A stretch of 64,000 bases of DNA, taken from Lama glama (Eukaryota). Under the pieces are notes generated by a model. That model saw only the letters and a list, made by a program, of their open reading frames with translations, was not told the origin of the DNA and did not search any database. The position numbers and the translations under genes were made by a program. The DNA lies in assembly GCA_028534125.1 (NCBI GenBank), contig CM052817.1, positions 30,010,001 to 30,074,000 of the forward strand, in the 5' to 3' direction. Below, in pieces: positions 39,076 through 52,454 of the stretch (positions within the stretch are counted from its first letter, which is position 1; every line of letters begins with the position of its first letter).

Positions 39076-39719
39076 ACTGTATTTTAAATAGAATAAGGTT
39101 GAACACTGTGTACAAGGTTTGTAAAAGCCAACAACATGGAGGATTTCTCTAGAGATCTGATGATATTCTCCTCTTCTTACTGCAATAAAGGTCACTAGTC
39201 CAGCTGTTCATATTGAAGATTGTCTAGTAAATCCTAATCTTAACCTTCCTTAGGGCAGTAATTTGAATTTTTTTAATATTCTTTTAAAATATTACTAACA
39301 AAATTATTGCAAAGCAGGATGTTCTAATCTTCAGTCATCTTGATAATAACTGAGACATTTATTGTATCTGGATTTTTTATAGTCACCTATTCAGACAAAG
39401 ATTATTTTGTACTTCCTCTCTTGTCATCTTTGCAAGAGGCAGAAATCAAGCAGTATAATTTTCAGACAAGAAAACCAATGTTTATAGAACCCAATCATCA
39501 AATAACTATGGTTAGTTAAAGGTTAAATTTAAAGAAAATCTCAGGTTAGGGGACCCTCCCTTGGAGGAGTCAGTCAATTAGTATAGATGAAGAGTTTATT
39601 CTTCTCATGCACAGTTATCACTTGCTGTCTGGAGCTCTCATTTACAAATGAAAAACAATGATTATTAATCTCCAGGAGAGATATCAGTTGACTCTGGCTC
39701 TTGTTAATCTCCTCTCCTA

Positions 39720-40120
39720 CTCGTCCTCATTGCCAGGAGATCATTATGCTTCTGATTCCTCACGCTCATCTGGCAGTTCCATGCTTTCACGCCTTTGCTC
39801 ATAGCCTTACTATGTCTTCTCAGAGTACTCTCTCTTCGTGGAATTAACAGCATTTCCTCCTTCAACTCTCAGCTCAAATGTCTTTTTTTCTAGGAAATAT
39901 TTCCAGAATTCCAAAGGTGCTTCTTCAAAGTACCCATAGCACCTTGTGGATTTCACTATCAGAGTATAAATCTCTTTAAAAGTGAATCACATGTCAATAT
40001 TCTTGTTTTAACCACTATGTTATAATTGACTCAAAGGCAGATTCTGTGTCTCATTCATTGTTGCATCAATGAATTTATGCAATAAATTTATTGCTCAGAA
40101 AGGCACTAAATAAGTGTTAA
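39720..40120 (+). mobile_element. L2 3' fragment
   Basis: gcctttgctcatagcc, tctcagctcaaatgtc, caaaggcagattctgtgtctcattcattgttgcatc. Confidence 0.7.
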
Positions 40121-40380
40121 TATGACTGTCTGTTTTGGTGTAAGGATGTTCTACCCAATACATTTGTTCAGATAGTCTGCAATACATAATTGCTTAATAC
40201 TACTAGTTGCCAGGTACTATGTTGAATAAAAAAGCACACACTTTACAAACAAATAAAATAGTTCAAAAACGTTATGATAGGATAAAGTTAAGGCACAATT
40301 ACAGCACATAAGAGATATTTCGGAATTCAGGAAAGGCTCTCACAAGAGGGTAATACTGAAGCTAAGGTCTAAACTGTAGT

Positions 40381-40733
40381 ACAATTCATGATCCTTTTTC
40401 TGAAATCCTGGAGCCAGATGCATTTCTGACATCAGAATTTTTCACATTTTAGAAAGATAAGATGGTACATATTTAGTATATTATGTAACATCTCTAATGA
40501 GATTTGGGGCAGTACTCAAGTATTCAAAACATTTCTATTTCTGTGTAGAAATGTAAATATACACTGTAATTTATAAATAACATAATAGTGTCACTTTAGT
40601 TCAAATCAGGTCTTGTATCCAAATAAGTCCACATCAGGCTAGGGTTGATTTTCTTGCCAAATAAATTCTAAAACCCTTTTTGTTTCTCAAGCTTTTTGAT
40701 TTTTGTAATGGGAAAAAGATAATTTTGGACCTA
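40381..40733 (-). mobile_element. MER46C-like TcMar-Tigger element
   Basis: ctgaaatcctggagccagatgcatttc...agctttttgatttttg...ttttggacct|a resembles reversed MER46C. Confidence 0.7.
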
Positions 40734-40734
40734 A

Positions 40735-41560
40735 AATAAGAGCAAACATTTCCTGGGTTCTAATTTTTTGCCAGGCACCACTGCTTTATATGTTTATTAT
40801 TAAATAATTGTTACAGCCCTGTAATGGTTGTACTATTTTATGAGGCAGAGAGGTTAAGTTCACAGAGAGACTCAAAGTCACACTGATTGAATCAGATTTG
40901 AAAGAAGGCAGTCTGGTGCCAGAGTCCATGCCTTTAACCATACACTGAAATGTAAGTTATGTAAATGAAGGGAGTTGACAATGGAGAAGCAGGAAGGGGG
41001 ACATGAATGCAGAGAGAAACTAGGGCAGAGCACACTCCAAACCAACATGCCCAAGATACAGCACAAAAGACTTTCTTTCTAAGGCAGGTAACAGTATCTT
41101 GTAATTTACTTGGCTTTGAATAGGCAAAAAGGCATAGGGGTATTAAGGGATAAGGTGCAAAAGTCAATGGACTCTGTTCTGAACATTTTACGTTTAGGTG
41201 CTTATGCATTATTATTCCAAGGGAGATGTTCCTCCGCCATTGGATAAGTCTGTAGCTTGGCAAGAAGTTTATGGTGGATATGTAGGTATGAAACTTAACA
41301 AAGGAGTGGTAATTAAGCTTTGTGGTTGAGTAATACCCATGTAAAAATATGGTCAGAGAGAGGCAGAGAGAGGGAGAGAGAGGGAGAAACAGGAAGAAAA
41401 AGAGAAAGAGAGAGAGAGGAAATAAGAAAAGTAATAAAGTCTTCAGGAAACAGTTATGTAAAAGGAGACCAGAGGACTTAAGAATAATACAGAAAAGGGA
41501 AGATGAGGAACCAGAAGGCTATGATATTCTAGAAACCTGAGAACTACAACATGGTACAAT
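40735..41560 (-). mobile_element. MIR followed by antisense L2 fragments and a GA-rich tract (41355-41420)
   Basis: tgaggcagagaggttaag...aggcagtctggtgccagagtccatgcctttaacca (MIR); purine-rich L2-like sequence follows. Confidence 0.65.
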
Positions 41561-42010
41561 AAAAATAAGAGTTAATTTAGTAAATATTAAATAAAATCCC
41601 AAGTACATAATATGGAGGTGTAGATATATCTTCTTTCTTAATTTAAAAAAAATTGGTCAAAAACACTAAAATTGCAGAATGACTAGAAAGTACTAACAAT
41701 TAAGACATTAAGAAGTAAAACTATATGATAAGGCTAAAGAATACAGTAAAAATCTGTAGAAAAACATTCCTAGTTTTTATCAAAAAGTAATATTATATTG
41801 GGATTCTGAAATATTCTAAAGCTGATTTATGGTGATGGATGCACAATATGGTAAAATCAATAATTGTTGACTTTTTATACTTGAAATGTGTGAATTTTAT
41901 AGTATAGCTTAATAAAATTACTAAAGATTATTACTATGATGAAGTAATAATGCAGTTATTATGAATTAACATTATATGAGTTAAACATCTAACTCAAGAA
42001 ATTGAAAATT

Positions 42011-43115
42011 AAATCCCAGTCTATCTCTTCCCACTCCCCACCCCCTTGGCAACCACATGTCTGTATTCTATGTCTATGAGTCTATTTCTGTTCTGTATTT
42101 ATGCTTTGTTTGTTTGTTTGTTTGTTTGCTTTCTTTTAGATTCCACATATGAGNNNNNNNNNNNNNNNNNNNNNNNNNNNNNNNNNNNNNNNNNNNNNNN
42201 NNNNNNNNNNNNNNNNNNNNNNNNNNNNNNNNNNNNNNNNNNNNNNNNNNNNNNNNNNNNNNNNNNNNNNNNNNNNNNNNNNNNNNNNNNNNNNNNNNNN
42301 NNNNNNNNNNNNNNNNNNNNNNNNNNNNNNNNNNNNNNNNNNNNNNNNNNNNNNNNNNNNNNNNNNNNNNNNNNNNNNNNNNNNNNNNNNNNNNNNNNNN
42401 NNNNNNNNNNNNNNNNNNNNNNNNNNNNNNNNNNNNNNNNNNNNNNNNNNNNNNNNNNNNNNNNNNNNNNNNNNNNNNNNNNNNNNNNNNNNNNNNNNNN
42501 NNNNNNNNNNNNNNNNNNNNNNNNNNNNNNNNNNNNNNNNNNNNNNNNNNNNNNNNNNNNNNNNNNNNNNNNNNNNNNNNNNNNNNNNNNNNNNNNNNNN
42601 NNNNNNNNNNNNNNNNNNNNNNNNNNNNNNNNNNNNNNNNNNNNNNNNNNNNNGTCTATTCCTAGTCCTTTGAGGAATCTCCATACTGTTTTCCACAGTG
42701 GCTGCACCAAACTGCATTCCCACTAGCAGTGTAGGAGGGTTCCCCTTTCTCCACAGCCTCTCCAGCTTTTGCCATTTGTGGACTTTTGAATGATGGCCAT
42801 TCTGACTGGTGTGAGGTGATACCTCATTGTAGTTTTGATTTGCATTTCTCTGATAATTAGTGATATTGAGCATTTTTTTCATGTGTCTATTGATCATTTG
42901 TATGTCTTCCTGGGATTTCAAAATTGTAGAATAGATAAACAAGATTATACTGTATAGCACAGGGAAATATACACAAGATCTTATGGTAGCTCACAGAGAA
43001 AGGAATGTGACCATGAATGTATATATGTTCATGTATAATTGAAAAGTTGTGCTCTACACTGGAATTTGACACAACATTGTAAAATGATTATAAATCAATA
43101 AAAAATGTTAAAAAA
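42011..43115 (+). mobile_element. Young 5'-truncated, 5'-inverted LINE-1
   Basis: 42011-~42909 is antisense L1 (3'UTR, then ORF2 end: VQPLWKTVWRFLK on the minus strand); 42910-43115 is the sense 3' end with AATAAA and an A tail; imperfect ~15-bp TSD. Confidence 0.9.
42154..42653. other. Assembly gap (500 N)
   Basis: Direct read. Confidence 1.
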
Positions 43116-43485
43116 TTGAAATTTAAAAAATGACACAAAACCAGAAAAAAGTTAAATATAAGCATAAATTAAGCAATACATAAAATCAGTAGGCATAAGT
43201 TAATATCAAGAGATATTCCTTTTAAAAGAATAAAATAAATAAATATAAAATAGAATTTAAATTCATAATATTATAAAAGTAAACAAGTCCATAAGGATGA
43301 AGAATCTTTTTTTAGAATTATGAATCTGTTCAGCTTTTTTCTTATAGATTTTAAAACCTGATATGAAAGAAAAAATTTAGAAAAATGTAACTTCCAAATT
43401 TACCCCTATAAATTAAAAAAAAAAACCTGAGAGACCCATTGTCATGAAAGTAACAGAGAAAATTTAACCTTGAAAAAACTCTAGA

Positions 43486-43640
43486 CCTTGCTACCCAAAG
43501 TGTGTCCTCAGGACCAGCATTACTTGGGATCTCGTTAGAGGTGGAGAATCTTGCATCCAAGTCTACATTTTTTAAATCAGTCTGCATTCAGACAAAATCC
43601 TCAATGATTCATATTCACCATGAAGTTCAATACACATTGT
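43486..43640. mobile_element. MER5A-like hAT element
   Basis: tgctacccaaagtgtgtcctcaggaccagcattacttgggatctcgttaga...tctgcattcagacaaaatcctcaatgattc. Confidence 0.8.
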
Positions 43641-45273
43641 TCTAGAGTTGAGAAAAGTTCAGAGGTAAACTTTTTCGAACACCCCAGTAACAGATCATTC
43701 TAGAGTCATTAAAGTGTTTTAAAATATAAGGAGATAAAGAAAGCTTCTAAATCATGGAGTTCTATGGAAAGTTATTTTAAAAACAGCATAACATTTAGTT
43801 GAAAATAGGTAAAAAGTTGACCAAAAGATTCTAATCTCTCCTATATATTCTGATGTAAAAATTCAATATATTATTATTAGGCTATAGCAGCACTTTAAAA
43901 TTAATACACCACAAGCAAGAGAAGTTTAATAACATTAGAAAATAGTCACTATAATAATATGCTGGAATAAACATATAACCAACTTAATGGAATTTTAAAA
44001 TATAGTTGATAAAGTACAATATCAAATTCCGCTTTAAGCACTTCTTAAAATAGTTTAGATGGTTATTTATTTGGTATCATAATACACAAATTTCAATCTA
44101 ATTTCTAGCTTAATGCTTTATTTCTGACAAATAGAACCCATGGTAAAATAACAAAGAATATTCACTATTATTATCATTATTTACTCTTTTTGGTTGCACT
44201 TTTCAATGTCATTTGTCAAGAGCAAAATATAGGAGGAATAAAACTGAAAAAGAAAGAGAAAAAAAATCAGTATCTCCACTTGGTTGGTTATATACTTGGA
44301 AAATTCAAAATAATTAATTAAAAACTATTGAAATGAAATAAGATATTTAAATAATGATTCTTGACACAAAGTCATTTTGCAAAAAAACAATGAAAGTAAA
44401 CAACTCAAAAGTATAAGGAAAGAAAGTATACATACCTCTTATAAAAATCACACATGAAAATAAAGTTCAAGACATCTGCTGAACCAAATGTATAAAGAGC
44501 CCTAAAATCAAAACTACTAAAGGACATAAGAGTTAACTAAAGCAAATCCATTTTCATCAATAAAATATGTAATATTATTATAGTGTAAAGTATTCCTAAA
44601 TTAATATGTCATATTATGGTCCTATTAAAATTACCAATATTATTTGTATTTAGGAAAGCTGTTTCTGAAATACATATATATATATATATATATATGTAAT
44701 AAACATTTGGAAATATCCAAGAAAAGTTTGAATAAAATAAACAAATTGACAATATTTCTCCAAGGAGTAAATACATGTATAAGAACACAGAAATAAAAAG
44801 TATTTTGTTTTGGAGCAGGAAAAAAAAATAGTTAGATCCATTAAATAGAATGAAAGTTTTAGCAAGAGAATGAACTGTTTACAGTATTTATTATGTGATA
44901 AAGGTAGCATTTATAGTCAGTAGGTCAAAAACGGATTACTCCATAAATAGCACTAGGACAGCTAGCAAGATCTCTAAATAACAAAAAACAAACAAAAAAA
45001 GCAACAACAAAAATTTAGATGTATCAAAGAATTCATATACAAAATGTAGAAAGGAAAAAATAAAGAAAGAAATAAGACTGTAAAAGCACTTGGAAAAACA
45101 CACTAACCACAGATGTTGTTCTCATAATACTAGGATGGGGAAAGCTCTGTTAAACAAGGCACACATCCAAAAGATAGAAAGAAGCAGACTGATGAAATTG
45201 AGTTTACTGGACAATACCTCTATAGAAAAGCCATCCTAAACAGACTCAAATGTGAAGATTACACTGAGGAATC

Positions 45274-45660
45274 TGTAGTAAACAGAATTATAAGATCGTC
45301 CCCAAGATTTCCAGGCTCTGATAACCACACAGTTGTATAATGCCTCCCCCTTAAGTGTGTGTAGGATTTATGACTTGCTTCTAACCAATAGAACGTAGCA
45401 AAGGTGAATGAATTTTACTTGTGTAATTAAGATCCTAGATGATTGACTTTGAGTTAATTAAAAGGGAAATGAGCCTGTCCTGATCTAAAAGGTGAACCTC
45501 TTTTAAAAAGATACAGACTGTCCCTGGAAAATGAGACAGAAAGCAGCAGAAATTCTCATTCTCAACTTAAAGAACTAAGCTCTCGGGTTGTGAGAGGACC
45601 TGTAAGAGGGCCATGTGGCAGAGGACAATGGGTTTCCTCCAGGACCTGAGATTGACTGAG
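45274..45660 (+). mobile_element. MLT1 (MaLR) LTR, 5' portion
   Basis: tgtagtaaacagaattataagat...ctcccccttaagtgtg...gacttgcttctaaccaatagaa...agagggccatgtggcagagga. Confidence 0.85.
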
Positions 45661-46023
45661 AAAACTTTACTTTGGGAAACAGGATGGAGACTCTGGGCTA
45701 TAATTATAAACTCTTTCAACCTGTTTAAAATGTTAATCATTATGTACATTACTTTCATGATGGATTCTAAGAAAACATATTTGAAGAGGGAAGTAACTAG
45801 AGTCTGCATATGGACAACAGTGTGAGGAGACTATATGTGAAAACAAGACATTAGATAAGGCAGGAACAAGATAGAAATAAGAAGCTGAGGATTTCCTTTG
45901 TAATGAGATATTTAAACGCTGTTAGAAAAAATACAGAAGTAAAGAAAGAGAATTTGAAAATAAAAGAAAGTAAGAAATGGTAAAATGAGAGTCCCAAGAA
46001 TGAAGAAAGTAGTAGGTATGATA

Positions 46024-46777
46024 CAGTTGACCCTTCGACAACTTGAGGATGAGGTATGCCAACCCTCCTCACAGTCAAAAATCCACTTATAACTCTTGGC
46101 TCTGCCAAAATTTAGCTACTAATAAGCCTACCGTTGACCAGAAACCTTACCAGTAACAAATAGCTGATTAACACAAATTTTGTATGTTATATTATATACT
46201 GTATTCTTATAATAAAGTAAACTAGAGAAAATATTAAAAGAAATCATAAGAAAGAGAAAATACATTTACAATCCTGTACTATGTTTATCAACATTGTAAG
46301 TTTGCATCATCTGTTTACAAGATGAATGATCTGTCACTACCTGTATCAATATTGTCTTATATGATACAAGACACTAGATGTTATACATACTGCCAACACC
46401 AGACGTCAAAAATGAAAAGATAATGTGAAAAAGAAAATTGTGTTTATTTACAGGTGTAACAATTCATGCGTTAATAATGAAGAAGCAGCAATATGATTAC
46501 TTTGTGGTTGCCTAGTGTAATCAATACGATGGCTTCACAGTAGCCTAGCCCATACACGAATAATAGATTTGTGTATGTTTTATGGTAGTAAATAGTAAAC
46601 TAGACTAGTATCTATGTATATTTTGTGCATTCATAACACAACCAACTTTTTCTTAATTTTTTTCAATATTACTAGGCTACTTGGTTCATCTATAAGGTTT
46701 TTCAAATTGTTGCAAATCTCCAAAAAAGTTTCCAATATAGTTATTGAACAAAATCCACGCAGTTCAAAGGTCAACTG
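46024..46777. mobile_element. Tigger2-family non-autonomous DNA transposon (754 bp)
   Basis: TIRs CAGTTGACCCTTCGAC / GTTCAAAGGTCAACTG flanked by TA at 46022-46023 and 46778-46779. Confidence 0.92.
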
Positions 46778-47877
46778 TAATTCAATGCTTCATTATTTGA
46801 CGATCAGTCTTACTAATAAGGAGAAATTCACAAGACCTGAACAGCTTAGACCAATGGCACACTAAACCATCAGAAGACAACATTTTTAAGCTATTTTTCA
46901 ACATTTTTCTGCATGCCTTTTTCCTCCTAGCAATTTGGAATTAATTTCTTCCCAGAAATCACAGCACGGAGCCAGAAAGTAGCCTAGAGAGTATGCAGTC
47001 CTGTGATTTTCTATGCTGTGTTGAGGAAGGAGGCAAAGAGAGCCCCAGCTTAGACACTGATTCTCAAGTGAGAAGAAAGGTCAGAGGGCAGACTAACAGA
47101 GTACAGTTGTGGGGAAGTGCTCAGCAAGAGAGAAAATATTTCAGAGCTGTCACATTTTTAATCTAATTTTATCCTTCAACTTCCCTGAGGCAAGTAAGCT
47201 AGGGCCTATTTTATTTATATTTCAAAGAAGACCTGAGACGCCAGAAGGTTAAGTGACCTTGCTATATGGTATTTTCTGCACATATTTTGGTGATTTCTAT
47301 TTATAACACCACGTGAAAATGAGGAGGCTTCAATGGTTTTCCTGATGATCAAAACACCTTTTGATTGTTCTTGAGCGCTTAAAGTGTTTTATACTCTCTA
47401 AACTTCCTTCTCTCTTACCTTTAGGTACCATTTTGGTTTCTGATTCGAAGATTTCTTGACAGTAGTTATCTCTAAAGGAAGGGATTATAAATGATTTTTT
47501 AAAATTTTTCTCTTCTTCATTTTACTACAGTAAGCGTGTATGAGAACTATAACACCCAGATTATAATTGTACATTTTCAAAATTTATCTTAATTCATTAT
47601 AAGAGAGTCCCTGACTAGACAACTGTGTTTAATTTATCCTTAAAAATATAAAATGCAGCATGAAATAACATTTTAAGAGAACAGTATATTTCTATTGAAG
47701 ACCAGAGTAACATTTAAAACCAGAGAGGAAGTTGCTTAGAGCACTTGTTACAAACATGGGCTTTGAAACCAGACTGTTTGGGTTTATATTCAAGCTCTGT
47801 GAGCCATTAAAAAAAAAACTCAATAAACATTTGCTGCTGATAACAATTAGGCAAAATGTTTAAAGTGCACAAATTTT

Positions 47878-48005
47878 TTTAAACTTTTTTTTATTGAGTT
47901 ATAGTCATTTTACAATGTTGTGTCAAGTTCCAATGTAGAGCATAATTTTTCAGTTATACATGAACATACATATATTCATTGTCACATTTTTTTCTCACTA
48001 TGAGC
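47878..48005 (-). mobile_element. Young, extremely 5'-truncated L1 3' end (128 bp) with 17-bp TSD
   Basis: taaagtgcacaaatttt at 47861-47877 and 48006-48022; the insert is the reverse-complement homologue of ~42985-43115. Confidence 0.93.
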
Positions 48006-48594
48006 TAAAGTGCACAAATTTTAGCATCAGTACAACTTGTAATGAAAAACTGGCCTTGTCATTATTGAATTTGTGATTTTTTTAGAGTACTGAACCTCAG
48101 TGTTATTACGTGTAAAGGAGGAATATAGCACTTTTGTTTACAACGTTTATTGAACCGATAATGATTGCTATTCATTATTAATTAGGTCATCAATAACTAT
48201 AAAATTTTATTATTGCTATCTTTAATAATTGCAAAGCCTAATTATTTTATGTAACACAATGATGATCATATAGAATTAATTATTTTGCACACTATACTGA
48301 CTGGGTGACTCTCTGAATCAGTATTATCAAAATCATTTAGAGCTGTATATAAAGATACAAACACAGTTCTACCAGGATCAATTAGATATTAGACAGAGGG
48401 CAGTTCCCATTGTGAGCCACCATAGAAAGATGGTAAGTGGCTTAGAGATTTATTTAGCTTTAATGAGAAGATCTTTCATCCAAAGGGTATTCCAGGGGAA
48501 ATGTGGCGTTCATTGATGAATTTCAGAACTACTCTACATACTAAGAAGGACAAATATCAGCTTCTCTAACCCAGTTATCTACCTACCTTCTTTT

Positions 48595-49040
48595 GCTTTC
48601 AACATATATTGACTGTATACTTACCATATATGTCAATCATCATTCTTGGGTCTGGAAACACATCAATAAATGAGCAAGACAGACAAGTTGTCAAACTTAG
48701 AATACAAGGAGGAGATAAAAACAAGTAAGTAAATAAGATCATTTCAGGTAGTTTAAATACCATGAGGGGAAAACAAAACAAAAATAAATAAACAATCAAA
48801 TAATCAAAAAACAAAAAGTGATTTGATAGAGAGTGACTCAGGGGCAGGGATGAAAAGTAAAACATTACGTAGGAGGGTCAGGAAAGACCTCTTTAACACA
48901 ATGACACTGGAGATGAGATCTATATAACAAAAAGAAAACGCTTGGGGGGGTCTCACTATAAAGGTAGAAACCCTCTGATTAGAAATAAGGGCTATTATAT
49001 TTGGCATATGTCTTATTAGCATTTGTTTGGATCAGATTGC
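48595..49040 (-). mobile_element. L2 3' fragment
   Basis: ttcaacatatattgactgtatacttac...ggtcaggaaagacctc. Confidence 0.65.
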
Positions 49041-49065
49041 TGATGATGATTTTTAACATAACCTT

Positions 49066-49538
49066 TGCATTAATTTCCTAGGCTGCCAAAACAAAGTACC
49101 ACAAACTGGGTGTCTTACGTCAATAGAAAATTTTTCCCTCAGATTTTGGAGGGTAGAAGTCTGAAATCAAGGTGTTGGTGGGGCCATGCTCCCTTGAAGC
49201 GTCTTGAGGGTGGGGGATCCTCTCTTGCCTCTTCTGGCCCCTTGTAGCCCTAGACATCCATTGCCTGATAGCAGCATAACTCCGAGCTGCCTCAGACTTT
49301 ACATGGCTGTCTTCATCCTGTGCCTGCTTCTTCTTATGCCTCTCTCCTCAAGTATTTCTCTCTCCTCTTCTTATAAGGATGTTAGTCTATTGGATTAAGG
49401 GTCCACCTCATTTCCTTATGACCTCATCTTAACTAATTACATCTTCAAGGACTCTTTCTCCAAATAAGGTCGCTCTCTGAAAACCTGAGGGTTAGCACTT
49501 CAAATATCTTTTTGAGGAACACAATTCAATGCATAACA
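49066..49538 (-). mobile_element. MLT1 (MaLR) solo LTR, full length
   Basis: tgcattaatttcctaggctgccaaaacaaagtaccacaaactggg...gaagtctgaaatcaaggtgttgg...cacaattcaatgcataaca. Confidence 0.92.
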
Positions 49539-50849
49539 CTTTTATAATATCTTAAAGTAGATTATTTTCCTATTTACATACTTCTAAAGTATAATTCAGG
49601 TACTCAGTAGGATAGTGAAGGGGACAATTATAATATTTAGGGGTTTTATTTTTAGATCAAAAATATATTTTTTACTAAAATAGACCAGAAAACTCTAGAC
49701 TATATTAGTGTATGGATATTTTGATTTTCTGTTTTCCTGAATTATGTAGATATATAGTTTGTTTTCTCTTGGACTCTCCAGACTACAGACTTTTGTTAAT
49801 AGAATGGATGGTCTCAAACAAAACCAAAACAAGGCTAACTTCTGTCACTGATACATAAAATTAGATATTGATCAGATTAAGGAATAAAAAGCCTAGACAA
49901 CTTTCTTCAGCCGAATCAAAGGATGTCAAGGCAAGTGAAAATAATTTGAGAGTATTTTTAGATCTGTGGAAGTAAGAGAAGCAAGCGATAAGGCTGTTCA
50001 TTTAGCATGAACTGGTGAGTCAGCGTCTTCAGGTCAGACACAATTTCTGTTCTGTATTTCCTTTGTAACTTCGTTGAGACGCTTCCATCTAATTGCTATA
50101 GAATATGAATATCACAGTAAACATGCCACTTTGTTTTTATCAGGATACGCATGTGCAAACAAAATGGAAGATCAAGGGCATTCATACATTCACTCTCAAT
50201 TATTCATTAAAACCCATTAAGCATAGAGTATTATTCTAGGTACAGGAGGTGATTCCAAAATGAAGGAACTTTTCTAGACCTTAAAGATCTCAGAAGCAAA
50301 TTGAGCACAATTTTCAGCTTGTAACCATATAATTTCAGAACTCCATAAATTTGTTTATTTTATCCCATTTTATACCCCCCAAAAGGGTGTATGGAAATCT
50401 TAAAATACATATTGGGTAGCAACATTTTTGAAAATTGTCTTTGGAAAAATAATCTAAAATGTTAGCATTCAGCTACATTTTAATGTATCACTAATATTCA
50501 CATATTAATTATTTCATAGATTTTTTTGTTACAGACTCTAAAGGCATAAATTATCAAATGTCCCTTCCACTAAAAGTATATCCATGTGTATTTTTTCATT
50601 TCTAGAACAAATGGTAGGCCTGGAAGTGATCATATTTTAAAATTAACTGGTACTTAGTATTAGAATATTTATTAAAATAAAACAACTTAACAGTGATTTT
50701 AGCTTTGGCGAACATTCATTACCGACTAATTGACAAGCCTGTTTCTCAAAACTCATCAATATTATTATTTTTACTTATTTTTCAAATAATATCCATACAT
50801 CCAGAATGTTGAATATCTATACATCTGAATATGTGTGTATATGCATTTC

Positions 50850-51290
50850 TTTAATGTAAGCTTTTTATGAAGTAGAATATACAACCAGAAAAGCACAAAT
50901 CATAAGTATACAGCTCAGTAAATTTTTACAACTATACACACCTATATAATCAGTAGCCAAGCCAAGGAGATTATGAGAATCCAAGAAAACTTCCTCATAT
51001 CCTTTTTAATTTATAACCTCACAGGTGTAAATACTCTTAAAATAATGGGTTAGTTTAATCAGTTTTTTTTTAACTAATGAAACCCTATGTATTTATTTAT
51101 AGTATTAGGTGTAATTTTGCTTGTTCTCAATCTATACATACTGCTATGGATATATTTTGTATATATTTACTAGATATATATATGTGTGTGTGTATGTGTA
51201 TATATATATATATAATATATATATATATAAAATGATACTATACTACAATTATTTTATCCACTCCACTTGATGCGTATTTGAGTATTGAAC
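50850..51290 (-). mobile_element. Old L1 3'UTR fragment with TA/TG-rich tract
   Basis: agaaaagcacaaatcataagtatacagctcagtaaatttttacaac. Confidence 0.7.
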
Positions 51291-52454
51291 ATATGAGACT
51301 TAGCTCTCACAGCTCTGATTTTAAAGTGTTTTCTTTAAAAAGTTAAAAACATATATTTAATGAATACTTTTAAAAACTATGAAAACCTCATGTATGACTT
51401 AAAATATATGCAGTGAAAACAAATTTATTGCAATTAGTGAAATGAATCTTGACAAATCAATATTTTGACATGTGGAGATCAGAGTTCTGTTTTTCAATCT
51501 TCTATTTCAGACTTTTAACAAATAATTGTAAAACTTCTCCAAGGAATTCAATTTACAAATTGTTCGACAGTTAAAGGGCTTATTCTGACATCTTATTCAG
51601 AGAAGCTATATTATTCACGATATGTGAGGAATTAGCTTTCTTTGCCCTGAGGGATTGTAAAGAATCATGCAACATGATTAAAGAGAAATTGAACAGTTAA
51701 ATCCTTAAATACATGTGTCAAGGAATAAGACTACTCCTCTGCATTAGCCAGGCCATTTGGCTTGCTGCCAATGATCCTCAGTCAGATGGAGACTTCTGAC
51801 AAGACGCGCTGCCTCTGAATTAGAAGGTCTATTTTATAGCTCATGATGGAAACATAAATGTCAGTTGAAATGGCCCAAGTCTTTCAGACTGCTGGTATTA
51901 CTTTTCCTTTATAATTCAAATAAAATTAATATCTCTTCATCCACTCAGTTGGACATCCAAGACACTTCTTTTATCTTCAAGATGCCTGGCTGCCTGCTGC
52001 AGACTAAGTGGAGGAATTGTTTTTCTTCTCATCACCTCTAGCCCCACTTGTCTCTCCTTTTAGGCCCAATTGGGCCCATCAAAGTATTTTGCTTAAACCC
52101 AAGTTCATTTAACTTAAAAGAAAATAACACTTTCCGTTAGTCCTGCAAACCGGTTATATCGGTCATAATTTTAAGTTGTCATTTTTCTTTTTTGCTTTCT
52201 TTCTCCATTGCATTGCTTTTTTGTAATCTGCTATATTAAACAAATGAAAAATTTGTGATACAGTTTAAATTCTGCCATCAATATATTTATTGCTTTCTTT
52301 AAGGTTTGTTTAAGACCTATCTTTCAGCCCCAGGATTGAGTAATTTCTGTGGAGATTTAACTCTGGGCAAACTTCAAAGAGCCACAAACTCCTAGAATTG
52401 TTTCCAAAATATTGTAGTAAATGTATTATTAAAGAGACCCGTGATCCTGACATA

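Larger units (their letters stand above)
41560..45265 (+). mobile_element. Ancient degenerate LINE-1 (host for nested elements)
   Basis: A-rich, with decayed ORF2-like phrases (catctaactcaagaaatt, tatacttggaaaattcaaaa, tgtgataaaggtagcattt). Confidence 0.65.

Noticed and set aside
42046..42960. Longest ORFs in the track (174-274 aa)
   Set aside because: Artefacts of reading through the 500-N gap inside an L1.
47400..47540. Strong + strand acceptor (ctctcttacctttag|g) with a weak downstream donor
   Set aside because: Isolated, overlaps decayed repeat-like sequence and has no linked exons or coding signal.
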